A stretch of 34,711 nt of DNA from positions 1 through 34,711 of the forward strand of contig DASTJG010000112.1 in the NCBI GenBank assembly GCA_035716785.1, read 5' to 3'. A program made the translations under genes and the position numbers. Source of the DNA: Anaerolineales bacterium (GTDB lineage Bacteria; Chloroflexota; Anaerolineae; Anaerolineales; Villigracilaceae). The first letter of the stretch is position 1; every line of letters starts with the position of its first letter. Positions 1-8,929 of the stretch are shown piece by piece. Under the pieces are notes generated by a model. It made no database searches, was not told where the DNA came from, and saw only the letters and a program-made list of their open reading frames with translations.

Positions 1-2
1 TT

Positions 3-824
3 GATATCTCCGGTAGTATGGACAAGGGTAACAAGATCGGGGCTGCCAGGGATGCTGCGAAGGCCTACGTCAATGGAATGCGTGCAGAGGATCAGGCGGG
101 TGTGATTACCTTCGATACGCATGTGTATCGTGTTCAGGATGTCACGCCGGACAAAGCGGTGCTGACCGCCGCTATTGACGGGTTGAAAACCGGCAGCGAT
201 ACTGCCATGTATAATGCCATCCTGGAAGCTACCAAGGCCCTCGAAGGCATTTCGGGCCGCAAAGCGATCCTTGTGCTGTCAGACGGATTGGATAACCAGA
301 GCAGCGCCACTGAGGAAGACATCGTGAACAATGTCGGTCCCAGCGGGCTAACGGTGTCCGCGATCGGTTTTGGCGAGCCTGGCGTAAGTGGACAAGCCGG
401 TATTGACGAGACCGGGTTGAAGTCGTTGACCGGTCGCACGGGCGGCCAGTATGCTTACGTTACCGATGCAGCCACCTTGACCTCCATCTATCAACAGACT
501 GGACAGGGATTCCAGAGCGAATATGCTGTAACTTATGTTTCTCCTGCTGCGTTAAGAGACGGTGTTAATCGTAATCTCACTGTTTCGTTGTCTGGTACCC
601 CGGTGACTGCCGAGGGAAGATACAATCCCGGTGGTGTTCTGCCTGAAGTCGCAAGCAGATCATGGAACACATTCGGGATCATCCTGGCAGGATTGGTGGT
701 CTTGTTACTGGTTCCAATGTTGTTTGGCTTTGCGGGACGGCTATTCGCCGGTGGAAGATCTGGTGGTGGCGGGGGACGTTCTTTTGGAAAGTCCAGCGCA
801 AAAGGACGGATCAAACTGAAGTAA
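3..824 (+). CDS. VWA-domain membrane-anchored protein, 5' truncated by the window edge
   Basis: Frame is open from the window edge. Bases 3-20 read D-I-S-G-S-M (MIDAS DxSxS), followed by TAMYNAI and VLSDG. C-terminal TM helix and Gly/basic tail. Confidence 0.85.
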   Translation, partial: DISGSMDKGNKIGAARDAAKAYVNGMRAEDQAGVITFDTHVYRVQDVTPDKAVLTAAIDGLKTGSDTAMYNAILEATKALEGISGRKAILVLSDGLDNQSSATEEDIVNNVGPSGLTVSAIGFGEPGVSGQAGIDETGLKSLTGRTGGQYAYVTDAATLTSIYQQTGQGFQSEYAVTYVSPAALRDGVNRNLTVSLSGTPVTAEGRYNPGGVLPEVASRSWNTFGIILAGLVVLLLVPMLFGFAGRLFAGGRSGGGGGRSFGKSSAKGRIKLK

Positions 825-828
825 ATGG

Positions 829-863
829 AAGACGGTGGCGCTATCAGCGCCACCGTCTTTTTT
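829..863 (+). terminator. Rho-independent terminator after the VWA gene
   Basis: AAGACGGTGGCGCT-atc-AGCGCCACCGTCTT followed by a T run. Confidence 0.85.
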
Positions 864-880
864 GATCCACTGCTAACGCT

Positions 881-1186
881 TCATTTTCCGGACCCCGGGC
901 CGGTTGCCGATAAAATAAAACCATCGTGCCATTCTGGGTCATCCATCAAAAAAGAGCGGAAGACCAGGTAACGCTCATGCTGTTCAGCGCTATCTGCATT
1001 CGCCATATATGTTTCCTTATCTTTGAAGATCGCCACTAAATAAAATTCATCCGGATCACTCTCCACTTGGAAATAGTAATCTGCCACCCAGCCTGAGATG
1101 GGCTGATCGCCAAAACCATCCATGGCTTTGACGAACTCATCTTTTACCCCGGGCCTGATGCGGAAGCGTGCGATTGTTCCATACAT
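881..1186 (-). CDS. Antibiotic biosynthesis monooxygenase (ABM)-like dimeric alpha/beta barrel protein
   Basis: 101 aa. N-terminal ARFRIRPG and ABM-like pattern. AAGGAG SD upstream. Confidence 0.7.
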   Translation of the reverse strand: MYGTIARFRIRPGVKDEFVKAMDGFGDQPISGWVADYYFQVESDPDEFYLVAIFKDKETYMANADSAEQHERYLVFRSFLMDDPEWHDGFILSATGPGSGK

Positions 1187-1233
1187 ATAAAGCTCCTTTT
1201 GACGTGATTATATCGCTACCGGTTCTGAGGAAT

Positions 1234-1262
1234 CAAAAGAGACGACCAATGGCCGTCTCTTT
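1234..1262 (-). terminator. Terminator downstream of lexA
   Basis: Minus strand AGAGACGGCC-att-GGTCGTCTCT-TTT (one G:U pair). Confidence 0.65.
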
Positions 1263-1278
1263 ACTATTCTACTCTTTT

Positions 1279-1965
1279 TTAGGCAGCCAGCGGTTTATCC
1301 ATCCGGCGGATGACCATGACCACCTTGCCCTTGATCTCGAGGGGTTCGCTCTTCTTGACGAAGATCGGCTTCATAGTCGGGTTGGCAGGTTGCAGGCGAT
1401 AGCGATCCTTTTCCTTGAAGAAATATTTCAGGGTCGCCTCATTATCGCGGGGCAGCCAGACAGCAACCATCTCACCGTTGCGTGCATCTGTGGCCGGCTT
1501 GAGGACGACGATATCGCCGTCGTTGATCATTGCATCGATCATGGACTCCCCCTTGACTTCCAGGGCATACAGGCTATCGCCTTTTTCCTTCGAGGGGAGC
1601 AGACTGCGCGCAATGTCCACAGCATTTGCTTCACTATCAGACATATAGCTGACGTTGGGATCAAGCTCAGGAAGGGGGAGACCCGCAGCAATGGGTCCGA
1701 GAATGGGGATGCGTAGTGTATCCGCCGATCCGTTAAACCCCGCGAGACGCACACCGCGCGAGATCTTGCGGTCGCGCTCGATCAATCCCCGTTTCTCAAG
1801 TTGATCAAGATAATAATTCACAACAGAAGTGGATGAAATGCCGGTTTTCTCACCGATTTCACGGATTGAGGGAGGATACTTGTTCTCGCGTTGATACACC
1901 TGCAGGAACTCAAGAATCCTCTGGTGGCGTTCTCCGAGACCTTTGCTTTTACGAACCATCATCAT
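1279..1965 (-). CDS. lexA: LexA SOS repressor
   Basis: N-terminal wHTH (YPPSIREIG...STSVV), Ala-Gly cleavage site (IAAG), catalytic Ser (GESM) and Lys (ATLK). AGGAGG SD. Confidence 0.97.
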   Translation of the reverse strand: MMMVRKSKGLGERHQRILEFLQVYQRENKYPPSIREIGEKTGISSTSVVNYYLDQLEKRGLIERDRKISRGVRLAGFNGSADTLRIPILGPIAAGLPLPELDPNVSYMSDSEANAVDIARSLLPSKEKGDSLYALEVKGESMIDAMINDGDIVVLKPATDARNGEMVAVWLPRDNEATLKYFFKEKDRYRLQPANPTMKPIFVKKSEPLEIKGKVVMVIRRMDKPLAA

Positions 1966-2025
1966 AGCTACCTCCTGCCCAAACGCAGGGCATGCGCGAG
2001 CATTCTTCGCTCATTTGTGCTATGA

Positions 2026-2054
2026 ATGATAACCGAACGTCTGTTCTGTGTCAA
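2026..2054 (-). promoter_or_regulatory. lexA sigma70 promoter with an SOS box (2035-2046) in the spacer
   Basis: Minus strand TTGACA-17 nt-TATCAT. The spacer contains GAAC-AGAC-GTTC, the Gram-positive/Chloroflexota-type LexA box. Confidence 0.9.
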
Positions 2055-2077
2055 GCTTTATCGGACCGAATTTCTCC

Positions 2078-3064
2078 CTAAACCCAGGTGCGGCGGCGCA
2101 TCCAGAGATACATAATAAATGGCATGATAAATATGACAGCCAGGGTCAAATAGAAGATTGGATTGGTTGTCCAGGCTTTCAGGTTGCCGAGCGACTCGAA
2201 GAAGTTCATCCCAAAGAAGCCTGTGACAAAAGTGAGTGGCATAAATAAGGTAGTGATAAGGGTCAGCGTTTTCATCACTTCATTCATGCGGTTATTGATG
2301 ACGGACAAATACGTATCCAGCACGCCGCCGACAAGATCACGCAGACTTTCGTTCAGATCATGCAAACGGACAAGATGGTCATAGATATCGCGGAAAAAGA
2401 TGCGGTCTTTTGGGTCGATCACCTGATAATCGTCGCGAGCGAGTTTGTTCAGCACTTCGCGTTGAGGGAGCACGATCCGTCTCATCGCTACTAGAACGCG
2501 TTTTAGCGCAAACAGCCTTTCGAGAGTCCGAGGTGAGGGGCGGTCAAAGATCTGGTCCTCGATCTGGTCAATGGCTTCGTCAATTTTTTCAACGGCAGGC
2601 ATATATCCAGCTACCAGGTTGTCAGTAATCTTGTAAAGAAGATGATCGGCTCCCTGCTGCACGTTGCGCTCATCGCGGTCACAGGCAGCCCAGGTATCAT
2701 CAATGGCTGAGATAAGATGATCGTGGTGTGTAACAATGTAGTTTTTTCCCAGGAAGATATCCAATTCATCCACTTCGGTTTCCCACGCATCGCCATTCTC
2801 GTTCGCGTTCATATAGTTGAACACGATGTAAAGATAATCTCCCCAATCATCAAGCTTGGGGCTATGAGTTTCCTGCAAGGCATCGTCAATTGCCAAGGGA
2901 TGGAACTGGAAGTCTTGTAAGATGGGGAGGCAGGTTTCAGGCAATTCACTGACAAAATCCACCCATAAAAGTCCCTGTTGGTTTTGGATCAATTCAGGAA
3001 ACTTCTCGGGCGGCAGGTCCTTTTGAATAGGGGTGCCAGGAACGTAGTAGAGTGAACGGATCAT
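2078..3064 (-). CDS. corA: Magnesium/cobalt transporter CorA
   Basis: FHPLAIDD, GFFGMNF (GMN signature), two C-terminal TM helices. ATG at 3064 follows AAGGTGA; in-frame GTG at 3070 is the alternative start. Confidence 0.95.
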   Translation of the reverse strand: MIRSLYYVPGTPIQKDLPPEKFPELIQNQQGLLWVDFVSELPETCLPILQDFQFHPLAIDDALQETHSPKLDDWGDYLYIVFNYMNANENGDAWETEVDELDIFLGKNYIVTHHDHLISAIDDTWAACDRDERNVQQGADHLLYKITDNLVAGYMPAVEKIDEAIDQIEDQIFDRPSPRTLERLFALKRVLVAMRRIVLPQREVLNKLARDDYQVIDPKDRIFFRDIYDHLVRLHDLNESLRDLVGGVLDTYLSVINNRMNEVMKTLTLITTLFMPLTFVTGFFGMNFFESLGNLKAWTTNPIFYLTLAVIFIMPFIMYLWMRRRTWV

Positions 3065-3169
3065 AGTCACCTTGATAGAGGAATTTTCGAATTAAAATCA
3101 CTTTTCTTGATATTTTCTTTGTGAAATTTCAATTATTTTCCAGTCATATTAATAAAATTGATAGATCGC

Positions 3170-3197
3170 TTGACAAAATAAAGATTCTGCCTATAAT
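3170..3197 (+). promoter_or_regulatory. Consensus sigma70 promoter for the DUF2089 operon
   Basis: TTGACA-16 nt-TATAAT in a very AT-rich divergent intergenic region. Confidence 0.7.
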
Positions 3198-3323
3198 ATT
3201 TTAAAAGATTGACAAATTGTTCAAAATAAGAAAATATAGTGCTACAAGGCTTGAAAAATTTGAATTCAATTTTCTGATTATAAGCCTTCTCAACAGACGT
3301 GATTAATTTTCAGGAGATTTGAG

Positions 3324-3707
3324 ATGTACTCTGCACCAACTCGTTGTCCCGTTTGCCGCTCGGAATTGACAGTCACCCGTTTGCACTGTCCCTCCTGTGA
3401 TACTTCCATTGAAGGACAATTCACTGGCGGTCCGTTTGCTCACCTGACTGCCGAGCACCTGGATTTTATCGTGACCTTTGTCCGTTGCGAAGGAAAGATC
3501 AACCGCATGGAAGATGAACTCGATCTTTCCTACCCGACGATCCGGAACCGTTTGCACGAGGTGATCCGCGCTATGGGCTTTGAACCCGGCAAGGATGAAG
3601 TGGTCGAGGTTGGCCCGGAACGACGCAGTTCGGTCCTGGCGGATCTGGAAACGGGCAAGATCTCAGCCGACGAAGCGATGCGTTTATTGCGCGGCGAAGA
3701 GGAGTAA
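3324..3707 (+). CDS. DUF2089-family zinc-ribbon/HTH regulator with C-terminal SHOCT-like module
   Basis: CPVC...CPSC ribbon, LSYPTIRNRL HTH, C-terminal VLADLETGKISADEAMRLL. Confidence 0.85.
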   Translation: MYSAPTRCPVCRSELTVTRLHCPSCDTSIEGQFTGGPFAHLTAEHLDFIVTFVRCEGKINRMEDELDLSYPTIRNRLHEVIRAMGFEPGKDEVVEVGPERRSSVLADLETGKISADEAMRLLRGEEE

Positions 3708-3710
3708 AGC

Positions 3711-4811
3711 ATGTCCAGGACAATTTCGGCCGGAAAATTCCCAAAGATCAAAATCGATGCCATTGATGGTGACCTCAGCGTAGTGGGTTGGGATGCTGAG
3801 GAGATTCTTCTCAAAGCGGACGAGGATGAACTCAGCCTCCAACAGAACGGGGATGAGGTTATCTTCTCCTGTACGGACGATGTCTCCTTGCGTATTCCCA
3901 GAGACGCCTCGCTCTTCATCCAAAGAGTGGGAGGGGACGCGGCTCTGAAAGGCGTGACCGGAAATATTGAGATCAAGGAAATCGACAATGACCTTTCCAT
4001 CCGCGATGCCGGGATGGTGGCAATCGATACTGTTCAGGCAGATTTTAGTTTGCGTGGTGCAAAAGGGAACCTCTACATCAAGAATGCCGGCGGCGATGTT
4101 TCCATCCGTGAAGTGGAAGGAAACATCATGCTGGAGTCAGTGGCGGACGACCTGGCACTGCGCGGCTCACGCGGGAACGTCAAGGTCAATGTTGGGGAGG
4201 ACGTGGTCGTTTATCTGGAACCGAAGGCAGATGAAGAATATTCCATCACGGCAGGTGATGATATTCTGCTTGTGTTGAAACCCAATGCCAATGTCACCCT
4301 GACCATGCGCGGTGATGAGATCGATGTATCCTGGCCCGGCGTTGAAAATCTGGAAGATGTAACCGAACGGGTCCTGGTGCTGGGCGATGGGTCGGCAAAG
4401 ATCACGCTGAGTGCGGGCGGTGACATCCGTGTGACCAATGATGCCGAGGCAGGCAACTCCGCTGAGGACTTTGGAAATTTTGCCGGAATGAATTTCGACT
4501 GGTCCGGCTTCGGCGAGCGGATCGCGCGTCAGGTGGAGCAGGCGACTGCCCGCACTGCCAAGCGTGCGGAGGAAGCTGCCCGCCGCGTGGAGCGCCACGC
4601 AGAACGACATGCCCGTCGCTGGCGAGGCAATGTGAAAGTCGGTCGTTGGAACTGGGATATCAATTCGAAGGGTGTTCCTACACCGCCCACGCCTCCTTCC
4701 GAGCCGGTGGCAGAAGAAGAGCGCATGGCGATTTTGAAGATGCTGGCGGAAAAGAAGATCACAGCCGAACAGGCTGAGCAACTGCTGAATGCCCTGGAAG
4801 GAGGTGGGTAA
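3711..4811 (+). CDS. DUF4097-type beta-strand-repeat protein with coiled segment and C-terminal SHOCT-like module
   Basis: Repeated xxGD/DD beta units (GGDAAL, GGDVSI, ADDLAL, AGDDIL). C-terminal EERMAILKMLAEKKITAEQAEQLLNALE. Confidence 0.75.
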   Translation: MSRTISAGKFPKIKIDAIDGDLSVVGWDAEEILLKADEDELSLQQNGDEVIFSCTDDVSLRIPRDASLFIQRVGGDAALKGVTGNIEIKEIDNDLSIRDAGMVAIDTVQADFSLRGAKGNLYIKNAGGDVSIREVEGNIMLESVADDLALRGSRGNVKVNVGEDVVVYLEPKADEEYSITAGDDILLVLKPNANVTLTMRGDEIDVSWPGVENLEDVTERVLVLGDGSAKITLSAGGDIRVTNDAEAGNSAEDFGNFAGMNFDWSGFGERIARQVEQATARTAKRAEEAARRVERHAERHARRWRGNVKVGRWNWDINSKGVPTPPTPPSEPVAEEERMAILKMLAEKKITAEQAEQLLNALEGGG

Positions 4812-5434
4812 TGTCTTCTGAAGAACGCAAGAAAATTTTACAGATGGTGCAGGATGGCAAGATCTCTGCCGAGCAGGCCGCGAGCCTGATGCGCGCCCTC
4901 GAAGAGAACGCGGCTGAGGCGGAACTCGAAGTGGTTGAAATGGGGACCGGTGCCGGCGGGGAAAGAAGCGAAGCCCCCGAGTTCGAAGAGGTCAAAGCCC
5001 GCGCCCGTAATTTTGCAATGATCCCCTTATGGGTGGGCGTCTTCCTCACCGTGCTCAGCGCCTGGGGCGTTTATTCGATCCAGCAAAATGCAGGCATGAA
5101 TTTTTGGTTCTTTTGTTTATTCGTTCCTTTGTTGCTGGGTATTTTATTGATCGCGCTCGGCGCGAGCGGTCAGAGTTCAAAGTGGTTGTATGTCAACGTG
5201 GATCGGCGCAATGCACAGGATTGGCCGCGAAACATTACCCTTGGGTTTCCGCTGCCTCTGGGACTGGCGGCCTGGTTCCTGCGAAATTTTGGTCATAACA
5301 TACGCGGGATGAAACATACCAGCGTGGATGAGATTATTCAAATACTGGATGCAACCGGAAAATCTGGTGCGCCTCTCATCATCAATGCAAGTGACAATGA
5401 AGATGGCGAACACGTGCAAGTCTACATCGGTTAA
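4811..5434 (+). CDS. Membrane protein with N-terminal SHOCT-like (YvlB-type) module
   Basis: N-terminal EERKKILQMVQDGKISAEQAASLMRALE, two TM helices, C-terminal DGEHVQVYIG. TAATG overlap with the upstream gene. Confidence 0.75.
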   Translation: MSSEERKKILQMVQDGKISAEQAASLMRALEENAAEAELEVVEMGTGAGGERSEAPEFEEVKARARNFAMIPLWVGVFLTVLSAWGVYSIQQNAGMNFWFFCLFVPLLLGILLIALGASGQSSKWLYVNVDRRNAQDWPRNITLGFPLPLGLAAWFLRNFGHNIRGMKHTSVDEIIQILDATGKSGAPLIINASDNEDGEHVQVYIG

Positions 5435-5445
5435 GGAGGTGTGAG

Positions 5446-5826
5446 GTGGCTAGTTCAGAAGAAAGAATGAAGATTTTGAAAATGATCGAAGAGGGGAAAC
5501 TCAGCGCGGAGGAAGGGACGAAGCTGCTCGCAGCGTTAAGTGACAAGCGGCCGCCAACCCCACCGCGCCCGCCGGGAATGCCCGGTGGCGCACGCTGGCT
5601 GCGCATCCGCGTGACCGATATTCGCACGGGCCGTTCGAAGGCCTCTGTGCAGATCCCGCTGGCGCTCGTGGACACGGGCATGAAGATCGGCGCGCACTTT
5701 GCACCGGAGGTCGAAGGTGTGGACATGTCCAATGTGATGGAGGCTGTGCGCTCAGGCGTAACAGGCAAAATCATTGATGTGACAGATGAAGAGGACGGCG
5801 AGCACGTAGAGATTTATGTGGAGTAA
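5446..5826 (+). CDS. Soluble SHOCT-like-domain protein (DUF2089-operon associated)
   Basis: EERMKILKMIEEGKLSAEEGTKLLAAL, WLRIRVTD...VQIPL, C-terminal DGEHVEIYVE. AAGGAGGT SD, GTG start. Confidence 0.8.
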   Translation: MASSEERMKILKMIEEGKLSAEEGTKLLAALSDKRPPTPPRPPGMPGGARWLRIRVTDIRTGRSKASVQIPLALVDTGMKIGAHFAPEVEGVDMSNVMEAVRSGVTGKIIDVTDEEDGEHVEIYVE

Positions 5827-5869
5827 GTAGTAGGCTGCCTCACTCATATAATTGACCACGTGAGAGGTC

Positions 5870-5904
5870 GTCGAATAATCCCGCCTGGCGCGGGATTGTT
5901 CGAC
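5870..5904. repeat. Long inverted repeat (REP-like or terminator-like hairpin)
   Basis: GTCGAATAATCCCGC-ctggc-GCGGGATTGTTCGAC, 15-bp stem with one G:U, no clear U tract. Confidence 0.6.
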
Positions 5905-5956
5905 TCTTGAAGATATGTTATCCTGCCGGGACCTTTAGCATATTTGGAGAGAGTGA

Positions 5957-7294
5957 ATGCAGAGTACAAACCGCCCAACCGGAATGTTTGGCTTCACCAT
6001 TGTCTGGCTCGGACAGATCGTTTCCGTCCTGGCCACGAATATGAGCGCGTTCGCGTTGACGATCTGGGTTTTTGAGAAGACGGGCAGCGTTACCGCGCTT
6101 GCCTGGGTGCAGGTATTTTTTATCACGCCTTTATTGGTCATCAGCCCGTTAGCGGGCGTGATGGTAGACCGACACAATCGCAAATTAATGATGATGCTGA
6201 GCGACCTGGCGGCGGGAGTGGCGACCATTGCCGTTCTCGTTTTACAGGCATTGGGCGTTTTGGAAGTATGGCATCTTTATGTGGCGGCAGTCTTCCAGGG
6301 GCTGGGAAATGCTTTTCAGTGGCCCGCTTATTCAGCGGCGATCAGCACCATGGTTCCCAAGGAACAGTATGGACGCGCGAACGGCATGATGTCGCTCATT
6401 GACATGGGACCGGGGGTCCTCGCGCCTTTGCTGGCAGGCGCGCTCCTGCCGATCATCGGCTTAACTGGAATTTTGTCACTGGATGTCGTTACATTTGTGC
6501 TTGCAATTCTGGTCCTGTTCTTCGTTCACATTCCGCAACCGGCGCGTACGGTGGAGGGCGCGCAGGGGCAGGGCAGCATTTTGAAAGAAGCGTTATTTGG
6601 CTTTCGCTATATCTTCGCGCGACCGAGCTTGTTGGGCTTGCAACTGGTGTTTCTTTTTGGCAATTTTTGCACGGGGATTGCCTTTACCGTGTTCGCCCCA
6701 ATGATCCTGCTGCGCACAGGCAATGACAGCGTCAGTCTGGGGCTGGTTCAATCCGCGGGGGCGATCGGCGGCGTAATTGGGGGGGTAGCGATGAGTGCCT
6801 GGGGAGGCTTCAAGCGCAGAGTCCACGGCGTGCTGGCCGGCTGGATCGTATCCAGTTTCTTCTTCGCATGGGTGGGGGTGGGAACTTCCCTGCCACTTTG
6901 GATCGCTGCGTCTGTTCTCTCTACGATTTTGTTCCCATTGATCAATGGCTCGAATCAGGCGATCTGGCAGGCCAAGGTCGCGCCAGATGTGCAGGGACGT
7001 GTATTCTCGGCCCGCCGGTTGATCGCCTGGCTGCCCAATATTATCTCTCCCCTGATCGCAGGGACTCTGGCGGACTATGTCTTTGAACCGGCGATGCGTG
7101 CACCGGGCGGGCTCGCCTCGCGGCTTGGCTGGCTCGTTCCTCCGGGACCCGGAGCGGGGACCGGGCTCCTGATCGTTCTCGGCAGCCTTGGCGGAATCCT
7201 GGCTGGGCTGGCGGGGTATTTCATTTATCCGATTCGACATGCAGAGGAAATCCTGCCCGACCACGATACTATGACCGCGGCTGAAACAGTGTAA
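5957..7294 (+). CDS. MFS efflux transporter (DHA3/MefA-EntS-like)
   Basis: WLGQIVS, GVMVDRHNRK (motif A), VAPDVQGRVFS, about 12 TM helices. Confidence 0.9.
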   Translation: MQSTNRPTGMFGFTIVWLGQIVSVLATNMSAFALTIWVFEKTGSVTALAWVQVFFITPLLVISPLAGVMVDRHNRKLMMMLSDLAAGVATIAVLVLQALGVLEVWHLYVAAVFQGLGNAFQWPAYSAAISTMVPKEQYGRANGMMSLIDMGPGVLAPLLAGALLPIIGLTGILSLDVVTFVLAILVLFFVHIPQPARTVEGAQGQGSILKEALFGFRYIFARPSLLGLQLVFLFGNFCTGIAFTVFAPMILLRTGNDSVSLGLVQSAGAIGGVIGGVAMSAWGGFKRRVHGVLAGWIVSSFFFAWVGVGTSLPLWIAASVLSTILFPLINGSNQAIWQAKVAPDVQGRVFSARRLIAWLPNIISPLIAGTLADYVFEPAMRAPGGLASRLGWLVPPGPGAGTGLLIVLGSLGGILAGLAGYFIYPIRHAEEILPDHDTMTAAETV

Positions 7295-7355
7295 AAGCGA
7301 TTTTTGCCCTGATATTTTTGAAACGACTTTACAAGAAAAGTGTAAACTTTAGGGG

Positions 7356-7384
7356 TTGTCTTCGTTGTTTCGCTGTGATATGCT
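7356..7384 (+). promoter_or_regulatory. Putative promoter of the second MFS gene (probably leaderless)
   Basis: TTGTCT-17 nt-TATGCT with TG extension, ending 7 nt before GTG 7392. No SD. Confidence 0.45.
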
Positions 7385-7391
7385 CTCATAA

Positions 7392-8852
7392 GTGATGCGG
7401 AGATTAAACTTTCGTTTTCAACGCCCCAATGGGATGACGGGACTTTTTATCATCTGGCTGGGCCAGATGATTTCTGGTATTGCCTCCAGCATCACGGCAG
7501 TTGCCTTACCGATCTGGATATTCAGTATCACAGACAGCGGTGCCGCGGTTGGGTGGATGGAATTTTTCTACTTTGGTTCCTACATTCTGACTGTACTGTT
7601 CGCCGGCATTCTAATAGACCGCAGCGACCGGAAAACGATGATGCTCATGTACGATTGCCTCTCGCTTTTCGGAATGACTGCTTTGCTGGTCCTTCAGACT
7701 CTGGGGCTTTTGGAAGTCTGGCATCTGTACATTGTCGCCGTCCTTCAGGGTGTCGGCTTTGCGTTTCAATCCCCTTCCTACACAGCTGCCATTACGACGA
7801 TGGTGCCTCGCCAACAGTATATCCGTGCCAATGGACTCCTGTCACTGCTAAGTGATTTTCCGGGTATTTTTGGACCGCTTCTGGGAGTCGTGACATATAC
7901 CATCCTTGGGCTGAGCGGAATCCTGGCTCTTAATTTGATCGCTTTCGTAATTTCGATCGGTCTCCTGCTTTTTGTCGAAATCCCTCCTGCTCCGCGAACC
8001 CTGGAAGGAGAACAGTCCCATAAAAAGTTTTTGAGCGAAGCTATCTATGGGGTTAAATACATCTTCCAGCGCCCCGGCCTGCTGGGATTGCAGTTGATCT
8101 TTCTTACTGGAAATTTGTTTTCTGGAATTGCCTTATCGGCAGCGGCGCTCTTTCCCATGCTCCTGCTGCGTACGGGCAATAACCCTGTAATTCCAGGGAT
8201 CATTCAGTTTGCAGGTGCGCTGGCAGCGGTTGTGGCGGGTATTTTCCTGACCACCTGGGGAGGGATCAAGCGCCCGGCGCGTGCCATTATTTTGGGATGG
8301 ATCATTTCCAGCCTTTTCGGCATGACGTTGCTTGGAATGGGGCAGGTCCTGGTGGTCTGGTTGATCGCCATCGTTGTCGATTCAATTTTTGATCCCATTG
8401 TCAGCGTTGCCATGGATGCCTTGTTGCAGGCAAAGGTGCCGCCGGACCTGCAGGGACGCGTCTTTTCTGCCAGTGACTTTATTGCACAGGCAATGATCCC
8501 ATTTGCCGGACTGCTGGCTGGTTATTTTGGTGACAAGGTCTTCGAACCAGCTATGAGCACTGGTGGCGCGCTCGTGAATACATTTGGCTGGCTGGTAGGT
8601 ACGGGGCCCGGTTCCGGTTTTGGTTTATTGATCCTGCTTTGCGGCGTCGGCGGAACCTTTATAGGCATTGCCGGATATTTCACCTCCTCGATCCGGGACG
8701 TGGATCAGCTTCTGCCGGACTTCCAGCGTGTTCCTCCCATCGGGATGATCAAGCGGTTTCAGCCCCTGCGAGTAAGAAAAAACACTCGTAAGACCAAAAA
8801 GATCAATCGCAGATTCTTGCGAGGGCGCACTCCTTTACCACCTGGTGAATAA
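7392..8852 (+). CDS. MFS efflux transporter, paralog of the upstream gene, with basic C-terminal tail
   Basis: WLGQMIS, GILIDRSDRK, VPPDLQGRVFS. Collinear with 5957..7294. Start GTG 7392 or ATG 7395. Confidence 0.88.
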   Translation: MMRRLNFRFQRPNGMTGLFIIWLGQMISGIASSITAVALPIWIFSITDSGAAVGWMEFFYFGSYILTVLFAGILIDRSDRKTMMLMYDCLSLFGMTALLVLQTLGLLEVWHLYIVAVLQGVGFAFQSPSYTAAITTMVPRQQYIRANGLLSLLSDFPGIFGPLLGVVTYTILGLSGILALNLIAFVISIGLLLFVEIPPAPRTLEGEQSHKKFLSEAIYGVKYIFQRPGLLGLQLIFLTGNLFSGIALSAAALFPMLLLRTGNNPVIPGIIQFAGALAAVVAGIFLTTWGGIKRPARAIILGWIISSLFGMTLLGMGQVLVVWLIAIVVDSIFDPIVSVAMDALLQAKVPPDLQGRVFSASDFIAQAMIPFAGLLAGYFGDKVFEPAMSTGGALVNTFGWLVGTGPGSGFGLLILLCGVGGTFIGIAGYFTSSIRDVDQLLPDFQRVPPIGMIKRFQPLRVRKNTRKTKKINRRFLRGRTPLPPGE

Positions 8853-8871
8853 AGAACATTCGTGAAAAACA

Positions 8872-8911
8872 AAAAATGACCCACCTCGAAATATGGAGGT
8901 GGGTCATTTTT
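8872..8911. terminator. Bidirectional terminator between the convergent MFS and degV genes
   Basis: AAAAATGACCCACCTC...GAGGTGGGTCATTTTT. Confidence 0.9.
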
Positions 8912-8929
8912 CTTTCGATTTAACCTGTG

